From an uncultured delta proteobacterium (GTDB taxonomy: Bacteria; Desulfobacterota; RBG-13-43-22): a stretch of DNA of 59,329 nt. The DNA lies in contig CAWJJC010000032.1 of the NCBI GenBank assembly GCA_963843145.1, positions 1 to 59,329 on the forward strand, read 5' to 3'. The notes below the pieces were generated by a model. The model made no database searches and had not been told where the DNA came from. It saw only the letters and a program-made list of their open reading frames with translations. Shown one piece after another: positions 12,590 to 23,328 of the stretch. Made by a program: the position numbers and the translations under genes. Position 1 is the stretch's first letter, and each line of letters starts with the position of its first letter.

Positions 12590-15500
12590 CTACCCGTCCA
12601 AGGCCTTCCGCACTTGCCCGGCTAAATCCGCTAGGCTGAAAGGCTTTTGAATAAAAGCCAACCCTTTATCCAGAAGTCCCCGCTGGGCGATCACGTCGGC
12701 CGTGTAGCCGGACATGAACACCGTCTTGATCCCCGGTTGAAGCGCCTCCACCCGCGCTTTCAATTCCGGACCAGACATGTTGGGCATGATCACATCGGTC
12801 AGCAAAAGGTCCACGGGACCCGAGTATTTTTCCAGGAGCAGCAGTGCTTCTCCCGGAGAACCGGCGCTCATTGTTTTATAGCCGTAATGCTCCAGTATCC
12901 GTTTGGCCAGCAGGAGTATCTGGGGTTCGTCCTCGACGATCAGCACGGTTTCGCTCCCCCCTAAAGGCCGCTCTCTCTCCGGCTCCACCGGGACCGATTC
13001 CCCCAGGAAGCGGGGAAAATAAATCTTGAAGGTCGTCCCCCGGCCCGGTTCGCTATAGACCTGAATCGATCCCTTGTTTTGCTTGACGATCCCGTAAACC
13101 GTGGACAGTCCCAGTCCGGTCCCCTGCCCTTCGGCCTTGGTGGTGAAAAAAGGTTCGAAGATAGTCTCCAGCGTCTCCCCGTCCATGCCGCAACCCGAAT
13201 CGCTTACGGCCAACTGCACGTAATCCCCGGGCGTGACATAGCGGTAGCGCCGGGTATAGCCCTCGTCCAGGGCAACGTTGGCCGTCTCGATGGTGACGGT
13301 CCCCACTCCGGCGATGGCGTCCCGGGCATTGACCGCCAGGTTGGCCAGGACCTGATCCACCTGGGAAGGGTCCAGATGAATATTCCAGAGGTCTTGGCCC
13401 GGGATAAACTGCAGGTCGATATCCTCGCCGATCAGTCGTCTCAGCATCTTGTGCTGGTGGGTTACGGCCTCATTCAAATTGATGACCCTGGGCGTTACCA
13501 TTTGTTTTCGGGAAAAGGCCAGAAGCTGCTGGGTCAGATCGGCTGAACGCCGGGCCGCGTTATTCACTTCCTGAAGGTCCTGATAGAGGGGTTCCTGGGC
13601 ATTCAACCGCTTCAGGGCCAGGTCGGTATAGCCCAGGATTACCCCCAGCATGTTGTTGAAGTCGTGGGCCACCCCGCCGGCCAAACGGCCCACCGCCTCC
13701 ATCTTCTGGGCCTGGCGAAACTGGGCCTCCAGATTCCGCAGTTCCGTCATATCCCGGGCCACCGTCAGCATCAAGGCCTGGCCCTCCAGTTCGATCGTTT
13801 CCGCAGAGAGCATGAAGGTCTGGACGGTCCCATTCTTCAGCCGAAAATGGACCTCCTTATTGTGGACCGCCCCCTGCTTCCGCATCAAGTCTACCAGGAG
13901 ACGACGTTCCTCGGGTTGGTCCCAGATTCCTAAATCCGCGGTGGGCCTTCCCAGGACCTCTTTTCGCTCAAACCCGCTCAAGCGTTCAAAGGCCTTATTC
14001 ACCTCAATAAAAACTCCCTCGTCCAGGGTGGTGATTGCGCCCCAGTCCGGACTCGCCTGAAAGGCCTTGGAGTACTTTTCCTCGGCCTTGCGCAAGGCTT
14101 CTTCCACCCTTTTCCGCTCGCTGATGTCCCGCACAATGGCCCACATCCCTTCCGGGCGGCCGGCGGAGTCCCGGATCAAGAAGGTCCGCAGTTCCACGGG
14201 AAACTCTGTCCCGTCTTTCTTTCGATATTCCTTTTCATAGGTGTCCGAATATCCCCGGGCCAGGATTTGATTTTCCACCAGATCCCTTTCAAAGGAATGC
14301 CACCGTTCAGGGGTCAGGTCCATATAGGTCAGCCGAAACAGTTCCTCTTTCGAATAGCCCAGTAAGTCTTCATAGGTCTGGTTAAATTCCCTTATCCGCC
14401 CGGTCATATCGACGCTCACATAGGCATCCATCAAAGAATCATAGAGCCGCCGGTACTTGTACTCGCTTCTCAGGAGGGCCCGCTCCGTCCGGTGCCGTTC
14501 AGTAATGTCGTGGGCCATGCCGCGGACCAGGGGAACGGCCAATCCCTCGGTCCGCAAGGAATTGCTGTATTCCCAAAGTCGGACATCCCCGGCGGCGTTC
14601 AATACCCGCAGTACCCCCTGGGACCGTCCGGTCTCCTTAATTTCCGACAAATAGCCTGCGAACAAGTCTAGAACCGCCGGATCGAGAAAATCCCGCAGGT
14701 TCCGGTTCAGAAGGGAACCCCGGTCATAGCCCATATTTCTGGCCGCGGCCTCATTCACGGATACCAGCTTCCCCTCCAGATCGTGGGTACAGATCAAATC
14801 CTGGCTGTTTTCCACGAGGTCGCGGTACCGCGACTCGCTCTCCCGTAGGCTCTCTTCCGACTGTTTTTGGGCGGTAATGTCGACCCATACGGCGCGGCAA
14901 ACCAAGGATCCGTCGGCGTTCTGGGTGATAGCCGCATCCAGACGCACCCAGAATATGCTGTCGGCGCGCCCCAGCATTCTCATCTCGCAGACCTGCGGCG
15001 CACCCGTTTCAAGAAGAAGTTTTCGGTGCCGGTAATAGATGTCCTGATCTTCCGGAAGGATGAAGCGGGTCAACGGCTTATTGATCAAGGCACCTCTGGA
15101 TTGGCCCAGGAGATCGGCGCCGGTGAGATTGGCCTCCAGGATCAGGCCTTTTTCGTTGAGAGTGAGGTAACCCACCGGAGCCAGATTGTACAGGTCGAAA
15201 TACCTGCCCTGCGAGACTTCCAGTTGCCCCTGGACCCGGCGCAATTCCTCGTTTTGCATCTCCAGTTCGATCTGATGCTCCCGGAGGACCTCCTCGCTTT
15301 CGCGGAGGGCCTCCTCGGACTCCTTCTTCTCCTGAAGCAGCCGCCATTCCCGCAGGGCCCGTTCCACGGTCTGCCCCATACCGGAAAAAGTCTCCGGGGA
15401 CTTCACCAGGTAATCCAGCGCCCCACCTTTTATGGCTTCCACGGCGGTCTGCTCGTTGCCGTAACTGGTTAGGATCAACACCGGAAAGGGTCCGGCTTCC

Positions 15501-15712
15501 GGAGGGAAGGTCAGGACTTCCACGCCGCGGCCATCCGGCAGGTTCAAATCCAGCAGGGCGATATCCGGCGGATCGGCGGCGGCCAGCCGCCGGAATTCTT
15601 GCAGCGTTCCGGCTACTCGAATTTCAAAGGCGCCATCGCCTTGGCCTAATCCGCGCCTGATGGCCACAGCATGGGCCGGATCATCTTCCGCGATCAAAAC
15701 CCGTAGCTTCAC
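12590..15712 (-). CDS. Hybrid histidine kinase REC-PASx4-HisKA-HATPase-REC
   Basis: N-terminal REC (LLDLNLPDG), four PAS/PAC units, [23 protein letters not shown]-terminal REC (LLTDVIMP). Confidence 0.95.
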   Translation of the reverse strand: MKLRVLIAEDDPAHAVAIRRGLGQGDGAFEIRVAGTLQEFRRLAAADPPDIALLDLNLPDGRGVEVLTFPPEAGPFPVLILTSYGNEQTAVEAIKGGALDYLVKSPETFSGMGQTVERALREWRLLQEKKESEEALRESEEVLREHQIELEMQNEELRRVQGQLEVSQGRYFDLYNLAPVGYLTLNEKGLILEANLTGADLLGQSRGALINKPLTRFILPEDQDIYYRHRKLLLETGAPQVCEMRMLGRADSIFWVRLDAAITQNADGSLVCRAVWVDITAQKQSEESLRESESRYRDLVENSQDLICTHDLEGKLVSVNEAAARNMGYDRGSLLNRNLRDFLDPAVLDLFAGYLSEIKETGRSQGVLRVLNAAGDVRLWEYSNSLRTEGLAVPLVRGMAHDITERHRTERALLRSEYKYRRLYDSLMDAYVSVDMTGRIREFNQTYEDLLGYSKEELFRLTYMDLTPERWHSFERDLVENQILARGYSDTYEKEYRKKDGTEFPVELRTFLIRDSAGRPEGMWAIVRDISERKRVEEALRKAEEKYSKAFQASPDWGAITTLDEGVFIEVNKAFERLSGFERKEVLGRPTADLGIWDQPEERRLLVDLMRKQGAVHNKEVHFRLKNGTVQTFMLSAETIELEGQALMLTVARDMTELRNLEAQFRQAQKMEAVGRLAGGVAHDFNNMLGVILGYTDLALKRLNAQEPLYQDLQEVNNAARRSADLTQQLLAFSRKQMVTPRVINLNEAVTHQHKMLRRLIGEDIDLQFIPGQDLWNIHLDPSQVDQVLANLAVNARDAIAGVGTVTIETANVALDEGYTRRYRYVTPGDYVQLAVSDSGCGMDGETLETIFEPFFTTKAEGQGTGLGLSTVYGIVKQNKGSIQVYSEPGRGTTFKIYFPRFLGESVPVEPERERPLGGSETVLIVEDEPQILLLAKRILEHYGYKTMSAGSPGEALLLLEKYSGPVDLLLTDVIMPNMSGPELKARVEALQPGIKTVFMSGYTADVIAQRGLLDKGLAFIQKPFSLADLAGQVRKALDG

Positions 15713-16266
15713 TTGGGACTCCTTTGGGAAAAAGCCTTATTATGTGTGGTTATCTGGAGAATCGGGAACAGGGTGGGTGTAGGCAAGTAGGTGCTTGTGG
15801 GGGAAGTTTAGGCGTAGTATTGCACCGCTCCCTCCATCCCCATTACAAACTCACATTCTCACACATACGCACGCCAAAAAACTCACACCTTCCTTCCCCC
15901 TTGAATCCAGAACCTTCTTCTCTTGCCCAAAACACCGAAAGCCCTTCTCCGGACGATTTATTCCCAGGCACAGCCTGGGCCAAACCTTTTTTATAAGCTA
16001 TTTTGAGGAGTTTGTTCTTCTTTTGTCAATAAATTTTTCAGACAGGGAAGATTCCTGAAACCGAGCGGAAGAGAAATTCACTGCTTTTTTTGGGAAATCC
16101 GCGAAGGGATTTATTTCGTTACCCTATCAGGATAGCAGGAGGTAAAAACTTACAGCTATGCGTTTTTTCTAGACGAAGGAGAGAAACAGAATATTTGGAG
16201 ACAACCAAAGGATAATCAGCGTGGCAATGCTCTCGGTCTTCGTATGATCGAGTCTCGCCATTTGAC

Positions 16267-17319
16267 CTAAGCCCCTGCTCTACCACGGAAGGCTCGCAGC
16301 AGACCGAAGCAGCCGCTGAGCATCATATTCCCATGAGGAGCGGCCAGGACGGCCCGGGTGCCGGCCAGCAACGCCCGGCGGGGACCGGTTGCCAGAAAGG
16401 TGGAAGGGAAGGTCGGGGCGGGGGACAGGTTCAGGCAGCCATGGCCCTGGTCTTCAAAGATCTGCTGGTTGCTGAGCCGGCCGAGGACAAAGGCCTCCAG
16501 GTGGGTCAACAGTTTTTCCCGGTCCAGGAAAAAGGTGTGATGCTCATAAATTCCCTTGAGTGCCCCTCCCACCAGCCAGGCGGCCAGGGTGTGCTCATTA
16601 CCGAGGTTCACCACCAGCGTCTGCTCCGGCGTCCGGCCGTTCAGTCCTTCGTGCTCCAGCGCCCCCAGGATGGCGGCCGCGCCGGTGTCCATGACCAGGG
16701 CTTGGGGCCAGGTCTCCCGGATGGCCTGCATTCGGGTTAAATAGGGGGGGATTTCCTGGAGTAAAAGGGACTCCAAAGGTTGTTCCCTCTCCAGGAACTC
16801 CCGCCAGCGGTCGAAGCGGAACTTGCGGTTGCTCTCCACCGGGGAGTACCCATGGTCCTGGACCGCCACCAGTAAATGACGGGGCCTATTTAAACCGAAG
16901 GCCTCAAAAAAATCCCGCCAAGTCTTTTCCCGAATGTCGGAGAAGGTCACCGCGGCCGATCCGGGGGGAGGATCTTCCGTAATGACCACACCCAGGGCTT
17001 TGACGTACTCCAGGTTGTCGTGCAGAGTCCGGGCCGCTTTGGCTTGGGCCGCTAGGGCAAGTCCGGCTTTCAGGTGCCGCCGGACCGCCTTAGAAGAAGC
17101 GCCGCCTCCCATCAGGTGCCCATTGATAAACAGGGGTAGCTGTTGTTCGGTAATCCGATCAATTTCCCGGGCCACCATCACAGTGGGCGACGGCAAAACA
17201 CACTGGATGGAATTTTCCATAGACCGGTCCGGGGACCAAAGCAGCAGGTCCTGGGTCCCGCCCCCGATATCGAGGGCCAGGACTTCACCGGAATCTTTAA
17301 ACGATGCGGAGTGGCTCAT
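16267..17319 (-). CDS. DUF1786 family protein
   Basis: LALDIGGGTQD, AVQDHG, MDTGAAAILGAL, NLGNEHT, EHHT and GCFGL motifs. Confidence 0.8.
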   Translation of the reverse strand: MSHSASFKDSGEVLALDIGGGTQDLLLWSPDRSMENSIQCVLPSPTVMVAREIDRITEQQLPLFINGHLMGGGASSKAVRRHLKAGLALAAQAKAARTLHDNLEYVKALGVVITEDPPPGSAAVTFSDIREKTWRDFFEAFGLNRPRHLLVAVQDHGYSPVESNRKFRFDRWREFLEREQPLESLLLQEIPPYLTRMQAIRETWPQALVMDTGAAAILGALEHEGLNGRTPEQTLVVNLGNEHTLAAWLVGGALKGIYEHHTFFLDREKLLTHLEAFVLGRLSNQQIFEDQGHGCLNLSPAPTFPSTFLATGPRRALLAGTRAVLAAPHGNMMLSGCFGLLRAFRGRAGA

Positions 17320-17719
17320 GGCTAACCCTGTAAAGCTTCAAGGGAATGATAGAAGAAAGGCGATCGAAATCCGCATCATCATGAAGTAGTACTAAATCAT
17401 TTTCAATAGCCGTTTGGGCAATAATACAGTCCATACCCCTTCTAATGGTGACTCCTTTTTTACGACAGTGGCGGTAAATTTGAGCTGCAGCGACATAAGA
17501 GGGCATCCCGCCTATATCGACTATTGGGAACATCCGCAGATACCTATAGACCTGCTGAAACTCTTTTTCAGCCCTAAACCCTTGAAGAATCTCCATCAAG
17601 ATATGAACGGAAAGACAAACGTCTTCATCACTCGCAATAGAAGCCTTTAGGACCTCCACCTGGAAATTCGGTTGCGCATTAAAAAAGGAAATCCAAACGG
17701 AGGAATCAACTAAGATCAT
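17297..17719 (-). CDS. vapC: PIN-domain toxin (VapC family)
   Basis: MILVDSSVWI, EILQG, DCIIA, LLHDDADF. Confidence 0.92.
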   Translation of the reverse strand: MILVDSSVWISFFNAQPNFQVEVLKASIASDEDVCLSVHILMEILQGFRAEKEFQQVYRYLRMFPIVDIGGMPSYVAAAQIYRHCRKKGVTIRRGMDCIIAQTAIENDLVLLHDDADFDRLSSIIPLKLYRVSHEPLRIV

Positions 17720-17915
17720 CGAAACGGTACCGCCTCATTCGTTCCAGATCACCCTCCCAGTGTACTTTTCCCTGCAAACCGAGTATTTTCTTTCTTTCCT
17801 TTCGCCGCACTATTTCTTCGAGAGCAAAATGGACCACGTCCTTCTTCGTTCGCAACCCTGTGTAATCCATGGCCTTTTTCATTAGAGACTCATCTATGAC
17901 GATATTGGTTCTCAT
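17706..17915 (-). CDS. vapB: VapB-family antitoxin
   Basis: MRTNIVIDESLM..TKKDVVHFALEE..WEGDL; overlaps the toxin start. Confidence 0.9.
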   Translation of the reverse strand: MRTNIVIDESLMKKAMDYTGLRTKKDVVHFALEEIVRRKERKKILGLQGKVHWEGDLERMRRYRFDDLS

Positions 17916-17936
17916 CTTCAGCCTCCTTCCAATCTC

Positions 17937-17970
17937 TACACATTTTACATGGTAAAAATGTGTATGTCAA
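17937..17970 (-). promoter_or_regulatory. Sigma70 promoter of vapBC with an overlapping palindromic operator
   Basis: TTGACA (17970-17965), 17 nt, TAAAAT (17947-17942); inverted repeat tacacatttt-N8-aaaatgtgta at 17937-17964. Confidence 0.75.
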
Positions 17971-18058
17971 GGCCCGGTCCGAATGTGAATCTGAATATTC
18001 GGCAGTACTGGAGGGTCATCCTATCGACACTTTTTTGTCGAGACCGGACACCAAGCGA

Positions 18059-18973
18059 CTACAGTGGATTGATCTCCAACCACATCTCCGCCTGGAAAGT
18101 TTCCCCGGGTTCGAGGAGGATCAGGTCATCCTCCTTCCGAGCAAAGGAATTGGGGAGCGACGTCCAGGGTTCCAGGCAATAAAAGGGGGATTCCGGGGAG
18201 CGGGTCCAGAGGGCGACGAAATGATGCTTGGGCGCCGCTTCAAAATTAAAAACAACTTCCAGCTTTCGAAAGGAGTCGATCAAACGCAACTCGGGTTTTT
18301 CCAGATCGGTCAGAAAGAGGGTCCCTTCCAGTTCATGATTCACGCTCCATTCCCGGAAAGGAAACGGTTCCCTGGTGAATCCCAACCACGACCCGATCGG
18401 GGTCACCTTTTGGCAGTCGGGAATTCGAATAATAGATTCCCGACGCCGGCCTTGATCCGTGAGGGGAACAAGGAGATAGGGATGAAACCCGGTGCTGAAG
18501 GGCATCGGTCCGGCCCCGCGGTTTTCAATGGTTTGATCCCAGTAAAGGCGCCCGTCTTGCAGGCGATAGGTTACTTGGTGGAGGAAAGAAAAAGGATAAT
18601 TTTTTCGGGTTCCCTCATCGTCCCGTAGCTCCAGGGTCACGGACTCCGGCGTCCGCCGGGTCACTTGCCAGGGCAACCGTCGGGCGAACCCGTGCTGGGG
18701 CATTTCCCAGGTCCGGCCTTCCCAGGAGTAGAAATGTTTCTTTTCCTCGACGCTATTCCAGCTTACCAGCGGGAAAAGAATGGGATTGCCGGCGTACATC
18801 TCCCGGGGATAACGATCCACTACCTCCTGGGACCAGGAGAGGGCCTCCTCCCATCCCCGCCCCTCAAAATAACGGGCGTAGCGCAAAAGCCAGCCCCCCA
18901 GATCGGGAGCGAGCAGGGCCAAGGCATCAGCGGCCCCCTTCAGAAGAATCGTTCGGTTTTGATCCATAAACAA
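18059..18973 (-). CDS. Aldose 1-epimerase (galactose mutarotase-like) family protein
   Basis: GNPILFP, PQHGFAR, PFSTGFHPY, FYCLEPW. Confidence 0.88.
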   Translation of the reverse strand: MFMDQNRTILLKGAADALALLAPDLGGWLLRYARYFEGRGWEEALSWSQEVVDRYPREMYAGNPILFPLVSWNSVEEKKHFYSWEGRTWEMPQHGFARRLPWQVTRRTPESVTLELRDDEGTRKNYPFSFLHQVTYRLQDGRLYWDQTIENRGAGPMPFSTGFHPYLLVPLTDQGRRRESIIRIPDCQKVTPIGSWLGFTREPFPFREWSVNHELEGTLFLTDLEKPELRLIDSFRKLEVVFNFEAAPKHHFVALWTRSPESPFYCLEPWTSLPNSFARKEDDLILLEPGETFQAEMWLEINPL

Positions 18974-19003
18974 AGGGGCTATAAATTCGGATTTCGGGTT
19001 TTA

Positions 19004-19711
19004 TTAGATGCGGGCGGCCACGATGGTGATATTATCCCGCCCCCCGGCATTTAAGGCGGCCTGAACCAGTGTTTTGAGGATTCCGGCCAAGTCTTTCGCG
19101 CCGGTTAACAGAGCGGCAATTTCCTCTTCCGGTAATTCGTGATGCAGCCCGTCACTGCTTACCAAAAGGATATCATCCCTCTCCAACTTCAGAATTCCGG
19201 TGCTGGCTTTGAACCGGCCGCAGCCGATACATTGCAGCAGCATATGCTGCGCCGGGTGATTCCGGGCTTCTTCGGTGGTAATATTCCCTTCCTTCAGCAA
19301 GGTATCCGGCAAGGTGTGGTCCCAAGTCACCCTTTTTAACCTCCCGGCCCGAAAATGGTAGATGCGGCTGTCCCCCACATGGGCGTAATAGGCCCGACCC
19401 CCGTAAAGGAAAACGGCGGTCAAGGTGGTCCCCATGCCGGACAACTGAATGTTCTGCCGCACCTGGGCCTCGATATTTTCGGAGGCCTGCTTAAACAGGC
19501 TTTGAAGGTGGGGGAGGGGATCAGCCGTTTCGGACTGAAAATTCTCCAGACTGTCAATGGCGATCTGCGCGGCCCGGTCGCCGGCCGCTTCTCCGCCCAT
19601 ACCATCGGCCACCGCCAGAAATAAGGCTTCCGGGCCATACGCCCTAACTAGATAACGATCCTGATTATTGGCCCTTTTCAGGCCCTGATGGGTTTCCCTG
19701 GCTATTTCCAT
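19004..19711 (-). CDS. PP2C-family Ser/Thr protein phosphatase
   Basis: NQD, VADGMGG, MGTT, HVGDSRIY, SSDGL, GGRDNIT. Confidence 0.93.
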   Translation of the reverse strand: MEIARETHQGLKRANNQDRYLVRAYGPEALFLAVADGMGGEAAGDRAAQIAIDSLENFQSETADPLPHLQSLFKQASENIEAQVRQNIQLSGMGTTLTAVFLYGGRAYYAHVGDSRIYHFRAGRLKRVTWDHTLPDTLLKEGNITTEEARNHPAQHMLLQCIGCGRFKASTGILKLERDDILLVSSDGLHHELPEEEIAALLTGAKDLAGILKTLVQAALNAGGRDNITIVAARI

Positions 19712-19870
19712 TTTGAATAAATCCCTCCCCCCGACTCCCCGACTGTATATTGTTTTCATCCGGACTTGTCAACCCTTTGAATATTTCGACTGTAACTTCC
19801 GGTTGCCTGTAGGGGTGAATCTGGTAGAATATCCGCTCAGCCTCTAGGCCAACCTGACCATTTTCCGGGA

Positions 19871-20848
19871 TTGAAAACTTTGCCAGCTCAGACACCCCAA
19901 TTGGATTCCCTTCGTCGTGAATGGATTTTTGCTGCCGGAGACTCCTCCTCTCAACGCTTGGAAAAATTTCTCCAACAAAAATTCCCCGGATTGTCCCGCA
20001 GAAACATCCAGGTGCTGATTGCGGAAGGCCGGGCCCTGATAAATGATCAGGCGGCTAACAAGGGATACCGCCTTCAGGCTGGGGATCGCCTTGAACTAAG
20101 ACTGCCGGGACCCTTGGAGGTCTGCCCCGCCTCGGAACCCGTCCCCCATTTGACCATTATCTATCAGGATGCGGATCTTATCGTAGTGCATAAACCGGCC
20201 CTGGTCCCAACCCACCCTTTAAGCCCTTTTGAAACCGGGACCCTGGCCAACTCCCTGGTCAACTTTTTTCCGGAATTGTGCGGTGTCGGGGTAAAATCCT
20301 TAGAGGCGGGGCTGATCCACCGCTTGGATACGGGAACATCCGGGATTTTGGTCGTCGGACGGAACCAGGCGGCCTGGTCCCAATTGAAACAGGATTTAGC
20401 CCGGCGCTTATGGATCAAGAAATATCTGGTCCTGGTCCCTCGAATCATCGAACCAAGAGTGATAACGCTACCCCTGGCCCATCACCCCAGGGATCGAAGA
20501 CGGATGGTAGCGCTAAAGGATGAAAACGCCGCTCACCGAGGTCGAATTTTCCCCGCGGAAACCCGGATTCGGGTTTTAAAACGTTTTCGAGATTTTTGTT
20601 TGCTGGAGTCGGATTTGATCACCGGGGTCACCCACCAGATCAGGGTCCACCTGGCGGAATTGGGGCACCCGGTAGTCGGCGATCCTCTCTACGGTACGGA
20701 AAGACCGCTCGTTCTTGATCTGCCCCCCGGCCGACTTTTCCTGCACGCAGCCACCGTGGAGCTGCTTCACCCGGTCACCCGAGAAAAGCTCCTTTTTCAA
20801 TCCGGACTACCGGAGGACTTGGAGCGGGTATTAGACTCATTAGTTTGA
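19871..20848 (+). CDS. RluA/RluD-family pseudouridine synthase
   Basis: S4-like N-terminus, HKPA, IHRLDTGTSG, TGVTHQIRVH, GDPLYG. Confidence 0.93.
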   Translation: MKTLPAQTPQLDSLRREWIFAAGDSSSQRLEKFLQQKFPGLSRRNIQVLIAEGRALINDQAANKGYRLQAGDRLELRLPGPLEVCPASEPVPHLTIIYQDADLIVVHKPALVPTHPLSPFETGTLANSLVNFFPELCGVGVKSLEAGLIHRLDTGTSGILVVGRNQAAWSQLKQDLARRLWIKKYLVLVPRIIEPRVITLPLAHHPRDRRRMVALKDENAAHRGRIFPAETRIRVLKRFRDFCLLESDLITGVTHQIRVHLAELGHPVVGDPLYGTERPLVLDLPPGRLFLHAATVELLHPVTREKLLFQSGLPEDLERVLDSLV

Positions 20849-20863
20849 GAATAACTGGCAATG

Positions 20864-20998
20864 GTCATTCTGAAAGAGTCAGGCCCAGGCGTGACGACTG
20901 AAGAATCCCCCTGGCAAGCTTGGGGCTCTAAGGACGAGATCCTTTTCGGAGTTTAACCTGAGCCGAAAAGCGAGATCCTTCGCGTTGCTCAGGATGAC
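20864..20998. repeat. GTCAT..ATGAC palindromic REP/MITE-like element
   Basis: gtcattctgaa..gaagaatccc..gagatccttcgcgttgctcaggatgac. Confidence 0.75.
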
Positions 20999-21181
20999 AG
21001 CAGGCGAAGGGCTCAGATGGAAAAAGATGAAGAAACCGAAATAGGTGTTCCCCGCCCGGCAATAAAGGTTTATTTTTCACTCGAGGTTGGGCGGTCGATG
21101 TTCATCCAGTTCCAGCCTTATCCGGAACCGTTTTTGGCCAAAGGGGCCGGGACAGGTTTCCAGAGGTTTTGCTGTTCCGTC

Positions 21182-22258
21182 TTAACCTAATTTACGCAGA
21201 AAGTATTCCCTGATTATTTCTTCGGACGGGGGTAAGAATAGCTGCAGGTGTTTATTTTTTAAGGCGAGAATTCGTTGCAGGGAAATTTCCAGAAATCGAG
21301 CGGGGATGGTCCCCCGTTTCAAGGCTTTTAAAAGGCAGGCGTAGGCCCTTTCGATCTTTTCCGGTTCGTGACAGATGAGGAGGATATCGGCCCCCCCTTG
21401 GAAAGCGGTCAATACGGCCTCTTCAATTTCAAAATGCTTGCCGATGGCTCCCATTTCCAGGTCGTCGGTGATCACCAACCCCTGGTACCCCAGGTTTTCT
21501 CGCAACAGGCCGGTGATAATCGACTGGGACAGACTGGCCGGCCATTTCGGGTCGAGGGCCGGATAAAGGGTATGGGTCAGCATCACCGCGGACACGGGCA
21601 GAGCAACGGCCGTTCTAAAAGGAACCAGTTCTACCGCTTCCAGTCCGGCCGGATCCTTATCCTGAGCTGGGAGGTCGTGGTGCGGATCCAGGACGATGTC
21701 GCCGATCCCCGGGAAATGCTTGGCCGCTGCCATGACCCCGCCTTTTTGGAGTTCCCGGATATACAGACTGCCCAGGCGGGTTACCGTCTCCGGGTCCGTA
21801 CCCAGGCAACGGGAGGCCATCAAACCTTCCACTCCTCGGAGGTTGACGTCCAGGACCGGGGCCAGGTTCATATTGATCCCGGCCAGTTTTAATTCCCGGG
21901 CCGTTACCTGGGCATAATGACGCACGGCCCCCTCGGGATCTTCCGCAGCGGCCATCTCGGCCGGCGCCGGGATCTGGGTGAACGGCGGTCCCAGTCGAAG
22001 CACCCGGCCCCCTTCCTGATCGATGGAAATAAAAAGCGGCAGCGAATGGAGTTCCAGGGACGAGGTCTGCAGTCGCCGGCAGAGATCAGCCAATTGAACG
22101 GGGTCCTGATAATTCCGTTTAAACAGAATGATCCCTCCGGCCCGGATCTTTTTTAAAAGGAAAACCGCCTCGCTGGAAAATTGGGGACCCGGGATCCCCA
22201 CCATAAAAAGCTGCCCCAGGGCCTCTTCGAAGGTTCGATTGCGCATCCAGTTTTTCAT
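21182..22258 (-). CDS. nagZ: Beta-N-acetylhexosaminidase (GH3)
   Basis: IDQEGGRV, NLAPVLD, KHFPGIG..DPH, ITDDLEM; ATGA overlap with the cbiB stop. Confidence 0.88.
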   Translation of the reverse strand: MKNWMRNRTFEEALGQLFMVGIPGPQFSSEAVFLLKKIRAGGIILFKRNYQDPVQLADLCRRLQTSSLELHSLPLFISIDQEGGRVLRLGPPFTQIPAPAEMAAAEDPEGAVRHYAQVTARELKLAGINMNLAPVLDVNLRGVEGLMASRCLGTDPETVTRLGSLYIRELQKGGVMAAAKHFPGIGDIVLDPHHDLPAQDKDPAGLEAVELVPFRTAVALPVSAVMLTHTLYPALDPKWPASLSQSIITGLLRENLGYQGLVITDDLEMGAIGKHFEIEEAVLTAFQGGADILLICHEPEKIERAYACLLKALKRGTIPARFLEISLQRILALKNKHLQLFLPPSEEIIREYFLRKLG

Positions 22259-23214
22259 ACGAAATATTCCCACAAAAACCGCCCCCCAAGGACGACCAGG
22301 GCCATCAGGGCGGAGGAGGCATACAAAACAGTCACGGTCTGGCGGTATTCCGCCAGGGTAATCTCGACGCGGTTATCGCCCAGAAAAGGCTTTTCGCTTT
22401 TTACCCCCCCATAGAGGGTCGGTCCGCCCAGGCGGATCTGCAAGGCGCCGGCCAAAGCGGCTTGGGGCAATCCGGCGTTCGGGCTCGGGTACCGGTGACC
22501 ATCCCGCCGGCAGATGATCCAGGCCTGTTTCCAGGAAAAGCCCCAAAACCTGGAAACCAGGACGATCAATAGCGCGGTAATTCGGGCCGGAAGATAATTC
22601 CAGAGATCGTCCAGACGGGCGGAGGCCCAACCGAAATAACGGTAGCGATCATTTTTGTAGCCTACCATGGAATCCAGGGTACTGGCCGCCTTGAAGGCCA
22701 GGGCCAGGGGCACCCCGCCGATCAACAGGTAAAATAAAGGGGCAATAATCCCGTCGGAAAGGTTTTCGGCCATGGTTTCCAGGGTGGCCTTGATCATCTC
22801 CTCCCGGGTCAGGTGTTCCGTGTCCCGACCCACGATCCAGCTCAGCCATTTCCGGGCTTCCGTCACCTTGCCGGCCTGCAGGGCCGTGATGACCCGGGCG
22901 GCCTCGTGGTGCAACGACCGGGTGGCCAGGGTCGTATAGGCCAACAGAATAATGACCAGGGATTGGACGACCGGCCGGCTTGGCAACAGCCCGAAAATCA
23001 GCCAGTAGGTCAGCGAAAAAACCGCGGCCGGCAAGCCCAGGGCTAAAAGAACCCCGGCAAACCTTTCCCACCCGGGACTTCCAGCCGGCCGGCGGAGAGT
23101 CTTTTCGAGAACACGAATCGCCCACCCAAACCCACGCACCGGGTGGGGTATAAACCGGGGATCGCCGATAGCCAGGTCCAGGAGATAAGCGAGGGCGAAT
23201 TGGTAGGGGCGCAT
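22255..23214 (-). CDS. cbiB: Adenosylcobinamide-phosphate synthase
   Basis: IGDP..HPV, IVGRDT, AENLSDG, TLDSMVGYK, ARLDD, SPNAG. Confidence 0.93.
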   Translation of the reverse strand: MRPYQFALAYLLDLAIGDPRFIPHPVRGFGWAIRVLEKTLRRPAGSPGWERFAGVLLALGLPAAVFSLTYWLIFGLLPSRPVVQSLVIILLAYTTLATRSLHHEAARVITALQAGKVTEARKWLSWIVGRDTEHLTREEMIKATLETMAENLSDGIIAPLFYLLIGGVPLALAFKAASTLDSMVGYKNDRYRYFGWASARLDDLWNYLPARITALLIVLVSRFWGFSWKQAWIICRRDGHRYPSPNAGLPQAALAGALQIRLGGPTLYGGVKSEKPFLGDNRVEITLAEYRQTVTVLYASSALMALVVLGGRFLWEYFV

Positions 23215-23328
23215 TAGAATCGTTCGGCGTTCAGGGTTCAGCATTCAGTAACGAAGTCATTCCTAGTCAGAAGGTCAGACTAACCAAAATACTTGGTGCG
23301 CGCTATTCGAAATTCGTTTTTTTCCATT

